Positions 1-7,717 of a stretch of DNA of 64,000 nucleotides are shown piece after piece. Each line of letters begins with the position of its first letter. Position 1 is the first letter of the stretch. Below the pieces are notes generated by a model. That model had not been told where the DNA came from and did no database searches. It was given only the letters and a program-made list of their open reading frames with translations. The translations under genes were made by a program, and so were the position numbers. This DNA comes from an uncultured Bacilli bacterium (GTDB lineage: Bacteria; Bacillota_I; Bacilli_A; RF39; UBA660), in NCBI GenBank assembly GCA_944329385.1, contig CALVIE010000001.1, positions 2,168-66,167 of the forward strand. The letters are read 5' to 3'.

Positions 1-345
1 TTTAAATAGAAAATCGCCAGTAAACATGACATTTTCATGTGGAAAATAATAAGTTACACTATCTTGTGTATGTCCTTTTGTTTGAATAACTTCAAAGGTA
101 AATGGACCAATATTATATGTTTTTTCTTGCGGCGCTAAAATTAAATCTTGATTAAAATATTTTAAGGCTCCAATGTGATCTTCGTGATGATGAGTAATTA
201 ATATTTTTAATATTTCTTTTCCATTTATGTTTTCTTTTATTTTTTCATATTCATCGCCAGGATCGATAATTAAGAGTTTATTTTCTTTTTCTAATATGTA
301 ACAGTTAGCGTTTAGGAGGCCAACTGGTATTTTTATAATGTTCAT
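1..345 (-). CDS. MBL-fold metallo-hydrolase, partial (C-terminus lies beyond the window start)
   Basis: Reverse-strand translation from the ATG at 345-343 gives MNIIKIPVGLLNANCYILEKENKLLIIDPGDEYEK...ILITHHHEDHIGA with the HxHxDH metallo-beta-lactamase motif. It is absent from the ORF track because it is truncated by the window edge. A 4-nt ATGA overlap with the upstream small ORF suggests translational coupling. Confidence 0.6.
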   Translation of the reverse strand, partial: MNIIKIPVGLLNANCYILEKENKLLIIDPGDEYEKIKENINGKEILKILITHHHEDHIGALKYFNQDLILAPQEKTYNIGPFTFEVIQTKGHTQDSVTYYFPHENVMFTGDFLFK

Positions 346-539
346 TTTAAATTCCTTAATTTGTTTAATGTTTCTCTGAGGTTTTTTTGGGTATCTTCTA
401 CTTTTACTATTTGTTTTTCCTCAGTTTTTTCATGAGTAGAATTGTAAAGTTTTTCTCTTAATTCATTTGGGTCTTGGTTAAATCCTCTTTTTACTATACC
501 TTTCAGAATAGTATTTTTATTATTTTCGTTTATAATCAT
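342..539 (-). CDS. hypothetical small charged protein (65 aa)
   Basis: ORF tightly packed between rnhB and the MBL gene with stop/start overlaps. No recognisable domain. Confidence 0.3.
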   Translation of the reverse strand: MIINENNKNTILKGIVKRGFNQDPNELREKLYNSTHEKTEEKQIVKVEDTQKNLRETLNKLRNLK

Positions 540-540
540 A

Positions 541-1170
541 TCAATTTCCTTTCTTACAGCATCCTTTTTCTAAATAGTTTTTGATTGGTCCGTAGGTTTT
601 TCTATATCCTTTTATAAGACCATATTTTTCTATAGCTTCTATGTGTTTTTTTGTTGGATAACCTTTGTGTGATTTGAAATCATAATTAGGATATTTTTTA
701 TCTATTTCATACATAATATTATCCCTTGTTACTTTGGCGATGACACTAGCAGCCGCAATGGAAATACTTTTGGCATCTCCTTTAATTATAGGCATGACTG
801 GTATTTCAATATCGATTGGCATAGCATCTGATAGAACATACTGTAATTTAATTTTTTTTTGGACTTCTTTTATGGCTTTAATCATAGCTTTTCTACTGGC
901 TTCATATATATTTATTTTATCAATTTCTTCTGGAGAGATTATACCTATACCATAAGTAGTATTTTGAATTAGATAATTATAGAAAAGATTTCTCTTTTTT
1001 TCGCTTAGTTTTTTTGAATCATTTAATCCTTCTAATTTAAAATTTTTGGGTAAGACGACGCATGCGGCGACGACGGGACCATAAAGAGGTCCTCTACCGG
1101 CTTCGTCCGTGCCACCGATAATTTCTATACCTTGTTTAAAAAGTTCATTTTCATACTCCCACAAGTTCAT
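541..1170 (-). CDS. rnhB: ribonuclease HII
   Basis: Motifs GTDEAGRGPLYGPVVAACV and DSKKLS, and a length of about 209 aa, are typical of RNase HII. Confidence 0.9.
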   Translation of the reverse strand: MNLWEYENELFKQGIEIIGGTDEAGRGPLYGPVVAACVVLPKNFKLEGLNDSKKLSEKKRNLFYNYLIQNTTYGIGIISPEEIDKINIYEASRKAMIKAIKEVQKKIKLQYVLSDAMPIDIEIPVMPIIKGDAKSISIAAASVIAKVTRDNIMYEIDKKYPNYDFKSHKGYPTKKHIEAIEKYGLIKGYRKTYGPIKNYLEKGCCKKGN

Positions 1171-1209
1171 ATTTTCCCTACTTCCTTTGATTTATGAGGT
1201 TATAATTTT

Positions 1210-1797
1210 TTAATTATAATATTTTCCTTGTTTAAAAAGATGTTTTTTAGTTAATTTTTTTTCTATACGAAGGCCTAATTTTTGAGCCATTTTGGTTTTT
1301 ACGTTGTTTTTGCTTGAAAGCTGATCAACTAAAATAGCTTTAATACCATATTTTTTTGCGCCAACAATATCAGATAAAATTTGATCACCGATAGCAACAG
1401 TGTTTTCTTTTTTTGAGTTTAATATTTTTAAAGCTTTTTGATAAGCTGTTTTTTGGGGTTTGTTTGCTTCATATAAGGCTTTTGTTTTTAATTTTTTTGA
1501 TACGGGTAGAACTCTTTTTGAATGATTATTTGAAAAAAGTAAGATTTTAAAGTTTTGACTTTTTAAATTTTTAAATAGTGTTTCGGTTTTTTCTGGTATG
1601 TTTAAATCATCTACTTTAGCTACTGTATTATCAATATCAAATAAAATGGTGTTTATGTTTTGCTTTTTTAGTTTACTATAATCTATTTCATAAATATTTT
1701 TATAATAACTATCAGGAAGTGCGAATTTAATTTCTTTTTTAAAACCCAGCATTATTTTTATGAAGGTTTTTATCATTAGAAAATGTTTATATTTCAT
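1210..1797 (-). CDS. yqeG: YqeG-family HAD-IIIA phosphatase
   Basis: DxD motif LFDIDNTV plus FSNN...KP...GDQILSDI; the overall pattern matches the B. subtilis YqeG family. Confidence 0.75.
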   Translation of the reverse strand: MKYKHFLMIKTFIKIMLGFKKEIKFALPDSYYKNIYEIDYSKLKKQNINTILFDIDNTVAKVDDLNIPEKTETLFKNLKSQNFKILLFSNNHSKRVLPVSKKLKTKALYEANKPQKTAYQKALKILNSKKENTVAIGDQILSDIVGAKKYGIKAILVDQLSSKNNVKTKMAQKLGLRIEKKLTKKHLFKQGKYYN

Positions 1798-1821
1798 AGT
1801 AAAAAATAATCACCAAAGTGA

Positions 1822-2331
1822 CTATTTTGTTTCCTTTTCTAATTTTTCAGTTACGTTTTTAGAAACTTCGATTACTTTGCTTTTAATAGCGTTAGCTGAT
1901 TTTTCAATTGCTGGTGTACCTTTTTCAATGGCGTAATTAACTAATTCTTCAGCTGCATCTTTGAGTTTTTTTGCTTGTTTTTTGGCTTCTGCAAGAACGG
2001 TTTCTTTATCTAAATCAGCAATTCCTTGTTTAATCTCTTCAATTTTTAATTCTACTGTTTCTCTAACATCATCCATATCAAGATTTTTAACTTTGTTTAA
2101 TAAATCATCAAACATTTTTTTTAGATCTTCTCTAGTTTCTGATCCTTTTTTAGGTGCGAATAATAGTCCAAGGGCTGCCCCTACTCCCGCACCTAAAACA
2201 AATTTCCCAATTCCATTATTTTTCTTTGTCATGAACATTTTCCTTTCTATTAAATAATTTACCAATGGCATTTGATAAAAAGTTAATGATTGTATCACTA
2301 AAACCAACAACGGCGTCAGTGGTGTTATCAA
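1822..2331 (-). CDS. YtxH-like general stress protein (true start probably at the internal Met near 2236)
   Basis: Core GKFVLGAGVGAALGLLFAPKKGSETREDLKK followed by a K/E-rich coiled coil resembles YtxH. The hydrophobic N-terminal extension looks like out-of-context read-through of the ORF caller. Confidence 0.6.
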   Translation of the reverse strand: MITPLTPLLVLVIQSLTFYQMPLVNYLIERKMFMTKKNNGIGKFVLGAGVGAALGLLFAPKKGSETREDLKKMFDDLLNKVKNLDMDDVRETVELKIEEIKQGIADLDKETVLAEAKKQAKKLKDAAEELVNYAIEKGTPAIEKSANAIKSKVIEVSKNVTEKLEKETK

Positions 2332-2506
2332 TTATATTAAATAAACCGTTTAGTTGGCTTGATTTTTGACTGACATCATCAACTAATTTATCAATTTTAT
2401 CTAAAGTTTTTATGGCATTGATAACTAAGATTATTAAAGCAACTACTAGTACAGTTAATAATATGTAGAAAAATACAGATAATACATCAGCTAAGCTTAT
2501 CATCAT
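2216..2506 (-). CDS. DUF948 / YtxG-like membrane protein
   Basis: N-terminal TM helix followed by a coiled-coil region, located immediately upstream of the ytxH-like gene as in the B. subtilis ytxGHJ arrangement. Confidence 0.5.
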   Translation of the reverse strand: MMISLADVLSVFFYILLTVLVVALIILVINAIKTLDKIDKLVDDVSQKSSQLNGLFNIIDNTTDAVVGFSDTIINFLSNAIGKLFNRKENVHDKEK

Positions 2507-3258
2507 TATTTATTCTCCTTTTCATAGAATGAGTCAATCATACTAAATAACTCTTGGTCACTTATTTTTCTTGGCTCTTTTTTTGGTTTTTCTTCGTGTT
2601 TATCCATTTCTTCTTCTAATAAATCTGTTAAATCATCTTCTGTTTTCGTGCTATGTCTTGGTTTTTCTTTTTTTGAATTATCATAGTCGATTTTTTCTTC
2701 TTTTTTTAATTTTTTTTCATCACCAAATAGTACTCTACTACCACCAAATAAGGTTGTTTCAATATCGGCTTCTAACCCTCCATAAGCTTTATTTCTAATA
2801 GCATCGACATTTGCCTCTTTGGAACTATAATAAGATGATCTTCCTTCTGGTTTAGAAGTGTATTCATCTTTTTGATATTCCTTATCTAAAATACCATAGA
2901 CTGGTGATATTATTGGCGATGGCCTAAAGACTTTTTTTTCTTCTTTTGGTGGATTATATACTTCTGTTTTTGTTTGCTGTCTTGTACGTTTTGGTTCTCT
3001 TGGTTCTGGTTTAACATCAACTACATCAAAGTCATTGTCATCAAAAAATGGAAATTTGTATTCATTTTTTGGCTGTTCTATGACTGGTTCTTCCTTCTTT
3101 TCTTCTGGCTGTTCATATTTCTCTAAGCGAGATTTTTTAGGAGAAGGAATTTCTACTTGAATTACTTCTTTTTGAACGCCTTCGTTTTTTTGTGGTTCTG
3201 GCTGTTCTACTTCGACTTCTTCGGTAAATAAATTTTTAAATTTATCAATTAGTCCCAT
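2506..3258 (-). CDS. hypothetical K/E/P-rich low-complexity protein; the N-terminal amphipathic segment resembles SepF-like membrane-binding helices
   Basis: MGLIDKFKNLF N-terminus followed by about 200 aa of charged low-complexity sequence. No catalytic motif. Confidence 0.35.
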   Translation of the reverse strand: MGLIDKFKNLFTEEVEVEQPEPQKNEGVQKEVIQVEIPSPKKSRLEKYEQPEEKKEEPVIEQPKNEYKFPFFDDNDFDVVDVKPEPREPKRTRQQTKTEVYNPPKEEKKVFRPSPIISPVYGILDKEYQKDEYTSKPEGRSSYYSSKEANVDAIRNKAYGGLEADIETTLFGGSRVLFGDEKKLKKEEKIDYDNSKKEKPRHSTKTEDDLTDLLEEEMDKHEEKPKKEPRKISDQELFSMIDSFYEKENK

Positions 3259-3270
3259 TTAAATACACCT

Positions 3271-3870
3271 CTACTTTTCTTCATAACGTAAGAAGTTATC
3301 ATCATTATTTCCTTTTGAACTAAATACGTCATATTCTTCTTCTTTGTTTTTTAAAAAGTCATCTTCTAATGATAATTTTATTATATTACTACTATATTTT
3401 ATTGTCGATAAAATGTATGAACAATTTAAAACTGTATCATTGATGTCTTCTTTTTGTACTAAGGCTTCAATTTTCGCATAGTTATAGACAAATTCAATTA
3501 AGTATAAATCGTTTTTTTTGGTTATTTCTAAATAACCTTTTTTATCACCATTTTTAATTTTTTTGGAATAATATTTACTATTATCGACTTTATAATTATT
3601 TGTTTTTTTATAATAATAACTTATTTCATCTAAGTATAGATAATAGTATACTCCATTTGAATATAATTTATCATTAGTCCCACTACTATCGATATAAGTT
3701 ACTCCTCTTGGCACATAATACTTATATCCTCTTCCCACACGGTTATACAAAGTATTTTCTTTGGACAATATAACATTAATAATATTATCAATGCTTGTTG
3801 TATCAATTCTAACAACGGTACAACCAGTTAAAATTAAGGTTAATAGTCCTAAAAAGATTATTTTCTTCAT
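3271..3870 (-). CDS. lipoprotein (LTGC lipobox), Tyr/Lys-rich
   Basis: MKKIIFLGLLTLILTGC signal peptidase II lipobox; function unknown. Confidence 0.5.
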   Translation of the reverse strand: MKKIIFLGLLTLILTGCTVVRIDTTSIDNIINVILSKENTLYNRVGRGYKYYVPRGVTYIDSSGTNDKLYSNGVYYYLYLDEISYYYKKTNNYKVDNSKYYSKKIKNGDKKGYLEITKKNDLYLIEFVYNYAKIEALVQKEDINDTVLNCSYILSTIKYSSNIIKLSLEDDFLKNKEEEYDVFSSKGNNDDNFLRYEEK

Positions 3871-3952
3871 ATATACACCTGCTTACTATAGATTATATCA
3901 AATTTTGCTTAATTTTCCTAATAAAGGCTTGGGTTTACATGTAAAATTATGT

Positions 3953-4591
3953 CTACTTTTCTACTTCAACCATATAGATCGGCAAACCTTGAGCAACAAA
4001 TTTTTTTTCATATTCTGTTTGAACGTTTTCAATATCATCTTGATGAAGATTCAAAGAAATTGTTTTTATTTTATATTCGTAATCAGTAAATGTTTTTAAG
4101 GAGTATTCAAAAAGATGACGGTTGTCTGTTTTTTGAATGATATGAGGATTATTTTTAAATATATTATCATATCTTTTTAAAAATTTTATACTAGTTAATC
4201 TTCTATCTTCATGGCGGTTTTTAGGCCATGGGTCTGAAAAATTTAAATAAAGGCTTGTTATTTCTTTATCAAAGATGTTTTCAATTTCGGTGGCATCGAA
4301 TCTAATTAATTTTAAATTTGGTAAATTTAATTTTTCTAATTTTTGAGTGGCTCTTAGTATTACACTGTCAAATTTTTCAATGCCAATAAAGTTAATTTCA
4401 GGGTATTTGATGGCCATGTTTATGATGAAATCTCCTTTACCCATTCCTATTTCTAAGTGTATGGGATTATTTTTTTTAAATAATGTTTTGAATTTTCCTT
4501 TATATTCTTCGGGATTTTGAATTATATAAGGAGATAAATTTATTTGTTCTTTAGCTCCTTTAATGTTTTTTAATCTCATGTTTATCACCAT
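3953..4591 (-). CDS. trmB: tRNA (guanine46-N7)-methyltransferase
   Basis: EIGMGKGDF SAM-binding motif and FSDPWPK motif; likely start is MRLKN, five codons in from the listed start. Confidence 0.85.
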   Translation of the reverse strand: MVINMRLKNIKGAKEQINLSPYIIQNPEEYKGKFKTLFKKNNPIHLEIGMGKGDFIINMAIKYPEINFIGIEKFDSVILRATQKLEKLNLPNLKLIRFDATEIENIFDKEITSLYLNFSDPWPKNRHEDRRLTSIKFLKRYDNIFKNNPHIIQKTDNRHLFEYSLKTFTDYEYKIKTISLNLHQDDIENVQTEYEKKFVAQGLPIYMVEVEK

Positions 4592-4667
4592 TTAGTATTA
4601 TAACATAAACGCACACCAAAAATAAACAAACGCATATAATTAATTAGAGTATGAAAGGAGTTATAAG

Positions 4668-4940
4668 ATGAAAAAGAACCGTGATTGTGGAATGGGGTAT
4701 CCTGTTTATCCTGGAATGATGCCTAATTATGGGGGAATGGTTATGCCTGGTCAATTTATACCTATGCCAAATAATATGGGGTTTAGTAATGTACCTTTGG
4801 GAAGTGTTCAAAGTACGATTAACAGTGATGAGTTAAGTACACTTTCTAATCAAGTTAATAATTTAGAAAAAAGAGTTACAAGATTAGAAAATATGATTAA
4901 TCAAAATAATTATAATGCTTCAAATTATCAAATGATGTAA
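4668..4940 (+). CDS. hypothetical small Met/Gly/Pro/Tyr-rich protein with a C-terminal coiled coil
   Basis: Good SD (GAAAGGAG) upstream and a strong terminator immediately downstream; the composition is reminiscent of spore-coat-type proteins. Confidence 0.4.
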   Translation: MKKNRDCGMGYPVYPGMMPNYGGMVMPGQFIPMPNNMGFSNVPLGSVQSTINSDELSTLSNQVNNLEKRVTRLENMINQNNYNASNYQMM

Positions 4941-4942
4941 AA

Positions 4943-4968
4943 GACTCGAAAAAAATCGAGTCTTTTTT
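4943..4968 (+). terminator. rho-independent terminator
   Basis: Hairpin AGACTCGA-AAAAA-TCGAGTC followed by TTTTTT. It sits between the convergent 4668..4940 (+) gene and trpS (-) and overlaps the trpS stop codon. Confidence 0.7.
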
Positions 4969-5947
4969 ATCTTCCTAAGCCTATTTTTGTTTTCATCAAT
5001 TCATATTTAGTTTTAGCTTCTTTTCTAGCTATTTTAATTCCATTATCTAAAATTTCATTTAACTGTTTGGAATTAATTAATTGTTGATATTTTTCTTGAA
5101 TACTAGTTAATTCATTTACTACTAAATCGGCTGTAGCTTTTTTAAATTCAGCATATGAGGAATTTAAAAATTTTTGTTCTACTTCTTTGATAGTTAATTG
5201 TGTTAAAGCGGAATATATATTTATTAAGTTAGAAATTCCTGGTTTATTTTCTACATCAAATTTAATTTGATTATCACTATCAGTGGTAGCTTTCATTATT
5301 TTATTTCTAATTTCTTTTTCGGAGTCTAATATTCTAATAACACCGTTTTGATTTTCACTAGATTTACTCATTTTTTTTGTTGGGTTTACTAGGTCCATTA
5401 TTTTAGTGCCTGTTTCAGTAATTAAAGGTTTTGGAATTTTAAATGTTTCTCCATAGACTTTGTTAAAATTAATGGCTATATCTCTAGCTAATTCGACGTG
5501 CTGTTTCTGATCTATTCCAACTGGTACATAATCTACGTCATAAGTTAATATATCAGCTGCCATTAAAACTGGATAAGTTAATAGACCTGATGTGAATTTT
5601 TCATTTTTTTTACTTTTATCTTTGAACTGTGTCATTCTTGTTAAAACGCCAAATGAGGTATTGCATTCTAAAAACCATGATATATTTGCATGATATTCAT
5701 TTTCTGATTGTATAAAAATGGTGTTTTTTTGTGGATCAATGCCACAAGCTAAATAAATAGCAAGCAAATTTTTTATATTTTGATGTAATGTTTTAGGGTC
5801 CTGTTTTACTGTAATGGCATGCATATCAGCAATAAATAAATATGAATTATATTTATCTTGATTATTAACCATTTGTTTTATGGCTCCTATATAATTTCCT
5901 AGTGTAATTGTTCCTGTTGGTTGTAATCCAGTTAATATTTTTTTCAT
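4967..5947 (-). CDS. trpS: tryptophan--tRNA ligase
   Basis: Class I aaRS with TGTITLGNYIGA (HIGH-like) and KMSKS motifs; 326 aa. Confidence 0.9.
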   Translation of the reverse strand: MKKILTGLQPTGTITLGNYIGAIKQMVNNQDKYNSYLFIADMHAITVKQDPKTLHQNIKNLLAIYLACGIDPQKNTIFIQSENEYHANISWFLECNTSFGVLTRMTQFKDKSKKNEKFTSGLLTYPVLMAADILTYDVDYVPVGIDQKQHVELARDIAINFNKVYGETFKIPKPLITETGTKIMDLVNPTKKMSKSSENQNGVIRILDSEKEIRNKIMKATTDSDNQIKFDVENKPGISNLINIYSALTQLTIKEVEQKFLNSSYAEFKKATADLVVNELTSIQEKYQQLINSKQLNEILDNGIKIARKEAKTKYELMKTKIGLGR

Positions 5948-6005
5948 ATGTATTCAGTCCTTTCAATATGTTTGAAATTTTTTATATAAAATAGGCTCTT
6001 TGAGC

Positions 6006-6905
6006 CTATTTGTTTTTAGAAATGCTTTTATAGATTTTATTCATGATTTCTGCCGTTTTTGCAAGTTTCGTTTCTAATTTATTATTTATTTCTTGCAATT
6101 TTTTATTATCAGCACAATATTTTTCATTTTCTTCTTTAAGATTTTTAATTTCGTTTTCTAAATTTTCTTTTTCATTTGTGATTTCATGATTTAGTTGATC
6201 TAGTTTTTCAATTTCTAATTGTAATTTTCTCACTTTTTCTTCTTTGGCGTCTATTTCATCTTGCATATTTTCATATTTATCCACAAAACTAGATACAGCT
6301 GATGTCATATCATCAAAATCAGTGTCTACTTTTTCTTCTTTTGATTCTGCTTTTTTAGGTGAAGTTTTTTCTGGTTTTAAAAGTTCTGGTTTTATTTCTT
6401 TTGGAGTTTGATTTAAATCTAAATCTTCCATAACATCTGAAAGATTATCGATTTCATCTAATAGACTTTCGGCTTCTTTTGGAGAAATTTTAACCATTTC
6501 ATCTACAAAGTCAGCTTCAAGTTCTTCTTTTGGCTCTTCTTTAATATCTTCTAAATATCTACCATAAACGTTTAATTCAGTGATTTTACTCATAACATCT
6601 TCAATACCAACGGCATATTTATTCATAAGATTACGAATATTTTTATCTTCAGTATAGGTATTTAAAAATTCATTATCGTCTGGTATTAAAATGTTAGCTC
6701 TGAACATTTGTTTTTCTTCTCTACCTTGCTCTCCATCACTAAAAGCAATATTCATATTATCGATGACTGCTTGAATGAACTCATTTTTCTTTTTTACAGC
6801 TTCATCGATTGGTAATTTTTTGAATGATTTGAATATTTTTTTGTTATCTTCTCTAATATCTTGTGCTAATTTCTTAATAGCTAAAAATCTTTCTTTTTCT
6901 AACAT
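6006..6905 (-). CDS. hypothetical coiled-coil protein
   Basis: Globular N-terminal roughly 120 aa, then an acidic linker, then a heptad-repeat C-terminus (EKENLENEIKNLKEENEKY). Terminator-like hairpin AAATAGGCTC/GAGCCTATTT at 5989-6011. Confidence 0.4.
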   Translation of the reverse strand: MLEKERFLAIKKLAQDIREDNKKIFKSFKKLPIDEAVKKKNEFIQAVIDNMNIAFSDGEQGREEKQMFRANILIPDDNEFLNTYTEDKNIRNLMNKYAVGIEDVMSKITELNVYGRYLEDIKEEPKEELEADFVDEMVKISPKEAESLLDEIDNLSDVMEDLDLNQTPKEIKPELLKPEKTSPKKAESKEEKVDTDFDDMTSAVSSFVDKYENMQDEIDAKEEKVRKLQLEIEKLDQLNHEITNEKENLENEIKNLKEENEKYCADNKKLQEINNKLETKLAKTAEIMNKIYKSISKNK

Positions 6906-6934
6906 ATTTCCACCTCTTTATTCTTTTACAATCT

Positions 6935-7492
6935 TTAAGCTCTTGAGTCATATTTGCCATCTTTAGTTGAAACAATGATTTTTTCGTTATCACTTATGAA
7001 TAGTGGTACTTTTACGGTAAGTCCATTTTCTAAGACAGCTTCTTTTGTAGCATTGGTTGCTGTATTTCCTTTGACAGCTGGTTCAGTTTGAGTTACTTGA
7101 TATTCGATTTTTTCTGGTAAGTTAATACCTAATACTTCACCTTTATAGAAAGACACTTCTACTTCTAAGCCCTCTTTTAAAAATTTTGCATTATCTCCTA
7201 AACTTTCTTTAGGTAGATCTATTTGTTCATAGGTTTCCATATTCATAAAATTATACATGTCACCATTACTATATAAAAATTGCATTGTTTTTTTCTCAAT
7301 TATAGCTTTTTCAAATTTAATATTTGTGTTGAATGTTTGTTCAATTGTTGAACCAGTTCTTAAATTTTTAAGTTTAATGCGGACAAAGGCAGGTCCTTTT
7401 CCTGGCTTAACGTGTAAGAATTCTAAAATTAAATAGATATTCCCATCAATTACAACTGTCATTCCATTTTTTATATCATTAATGTTTATCAT
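6935..7492 (-). CDS. efp: elongation factor P
   Basis: HVKPGKGPAFVRIKLKNLRTG and the overall EF-P pattern; 185 aa. Confidence 0.9.
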   Translation of the reverse strand: MININDIKNGMTVVIDGNIYLILEFLHVKPGKGPAFVRIKLKNLRTGSTIEQTFNTNIKFEKAIIEKKTMQFLYSNGDMYNFMNMETYEQIDLPKESLGDNAKFLKEGLEVEVSFYKGEVLGINLPEKIEYQVTQTEPAVKGNTATNATKEAVLENGLTVKVPLFISDNEKIIVSTKDGKYDSRA

Positions 7493-7507
7493 ACTTTACC
7501 TCCACGA

Positions 7508-7676
7508 ATTATTTTTTCTCATTGTGCTCTGTATGTTTCTGACACTTAGGGCAATATTTGTTTAACTTTAATCTTTCAGGCGTATTTCTTTTATTTTTTT
7601 CTACGCGGTAGTTTTCACTTTTACATACACTGCATACTAAAGTTATATTATCTCTAGCTTCGCCTTTTTTTGCCAT
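7508..7676 (-). CDS. rpmG: 50S ribosomal protein L33
   Basis: Not in the ORF track (55 aa). Reverse-strand translation gives MAKKGEARDNITLVCSVCKSENYRVEKNKRNTPERLKLNKYCPKCQKHTEHNEKK, with the two CxxC pairs and the KNKRNTPERL signature of L33. SD AAAGGAGGG lies 8 nt upstream. Confidence 0.8.
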
Positions 7677-7717
7677 AATATCCCTCCTTTTCGCATTTCT
7701 TATAATATTATATCAAA

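Noticed and set aside
734-955. 73-aa plus-strand ORF inside rnhB. The same applies to the other short antisense ORFs at 1961, 2571, 3761, 8436, 10478, 17972, 21137, 21794, 27538, 35952, 36642, 37879, 38955, 43775, 45046, 52660, 53737, 54905, 55358, 55840, 56342, 56873, 57535, 59161, 60676 and 62635.
   Set aside because: Each lies antisense within a well-supported gene and has low-complexity hydrophobic translations without an RBS.
5948-6005. Looked for a T-box or other leader upstream of trpS
   Set aside because: The intergenic region is only about 58 nt and contains just a terminator-like hairpin for the upstream gene. There is no T-box sequence, so trpS is apparently not T-box regulated here.
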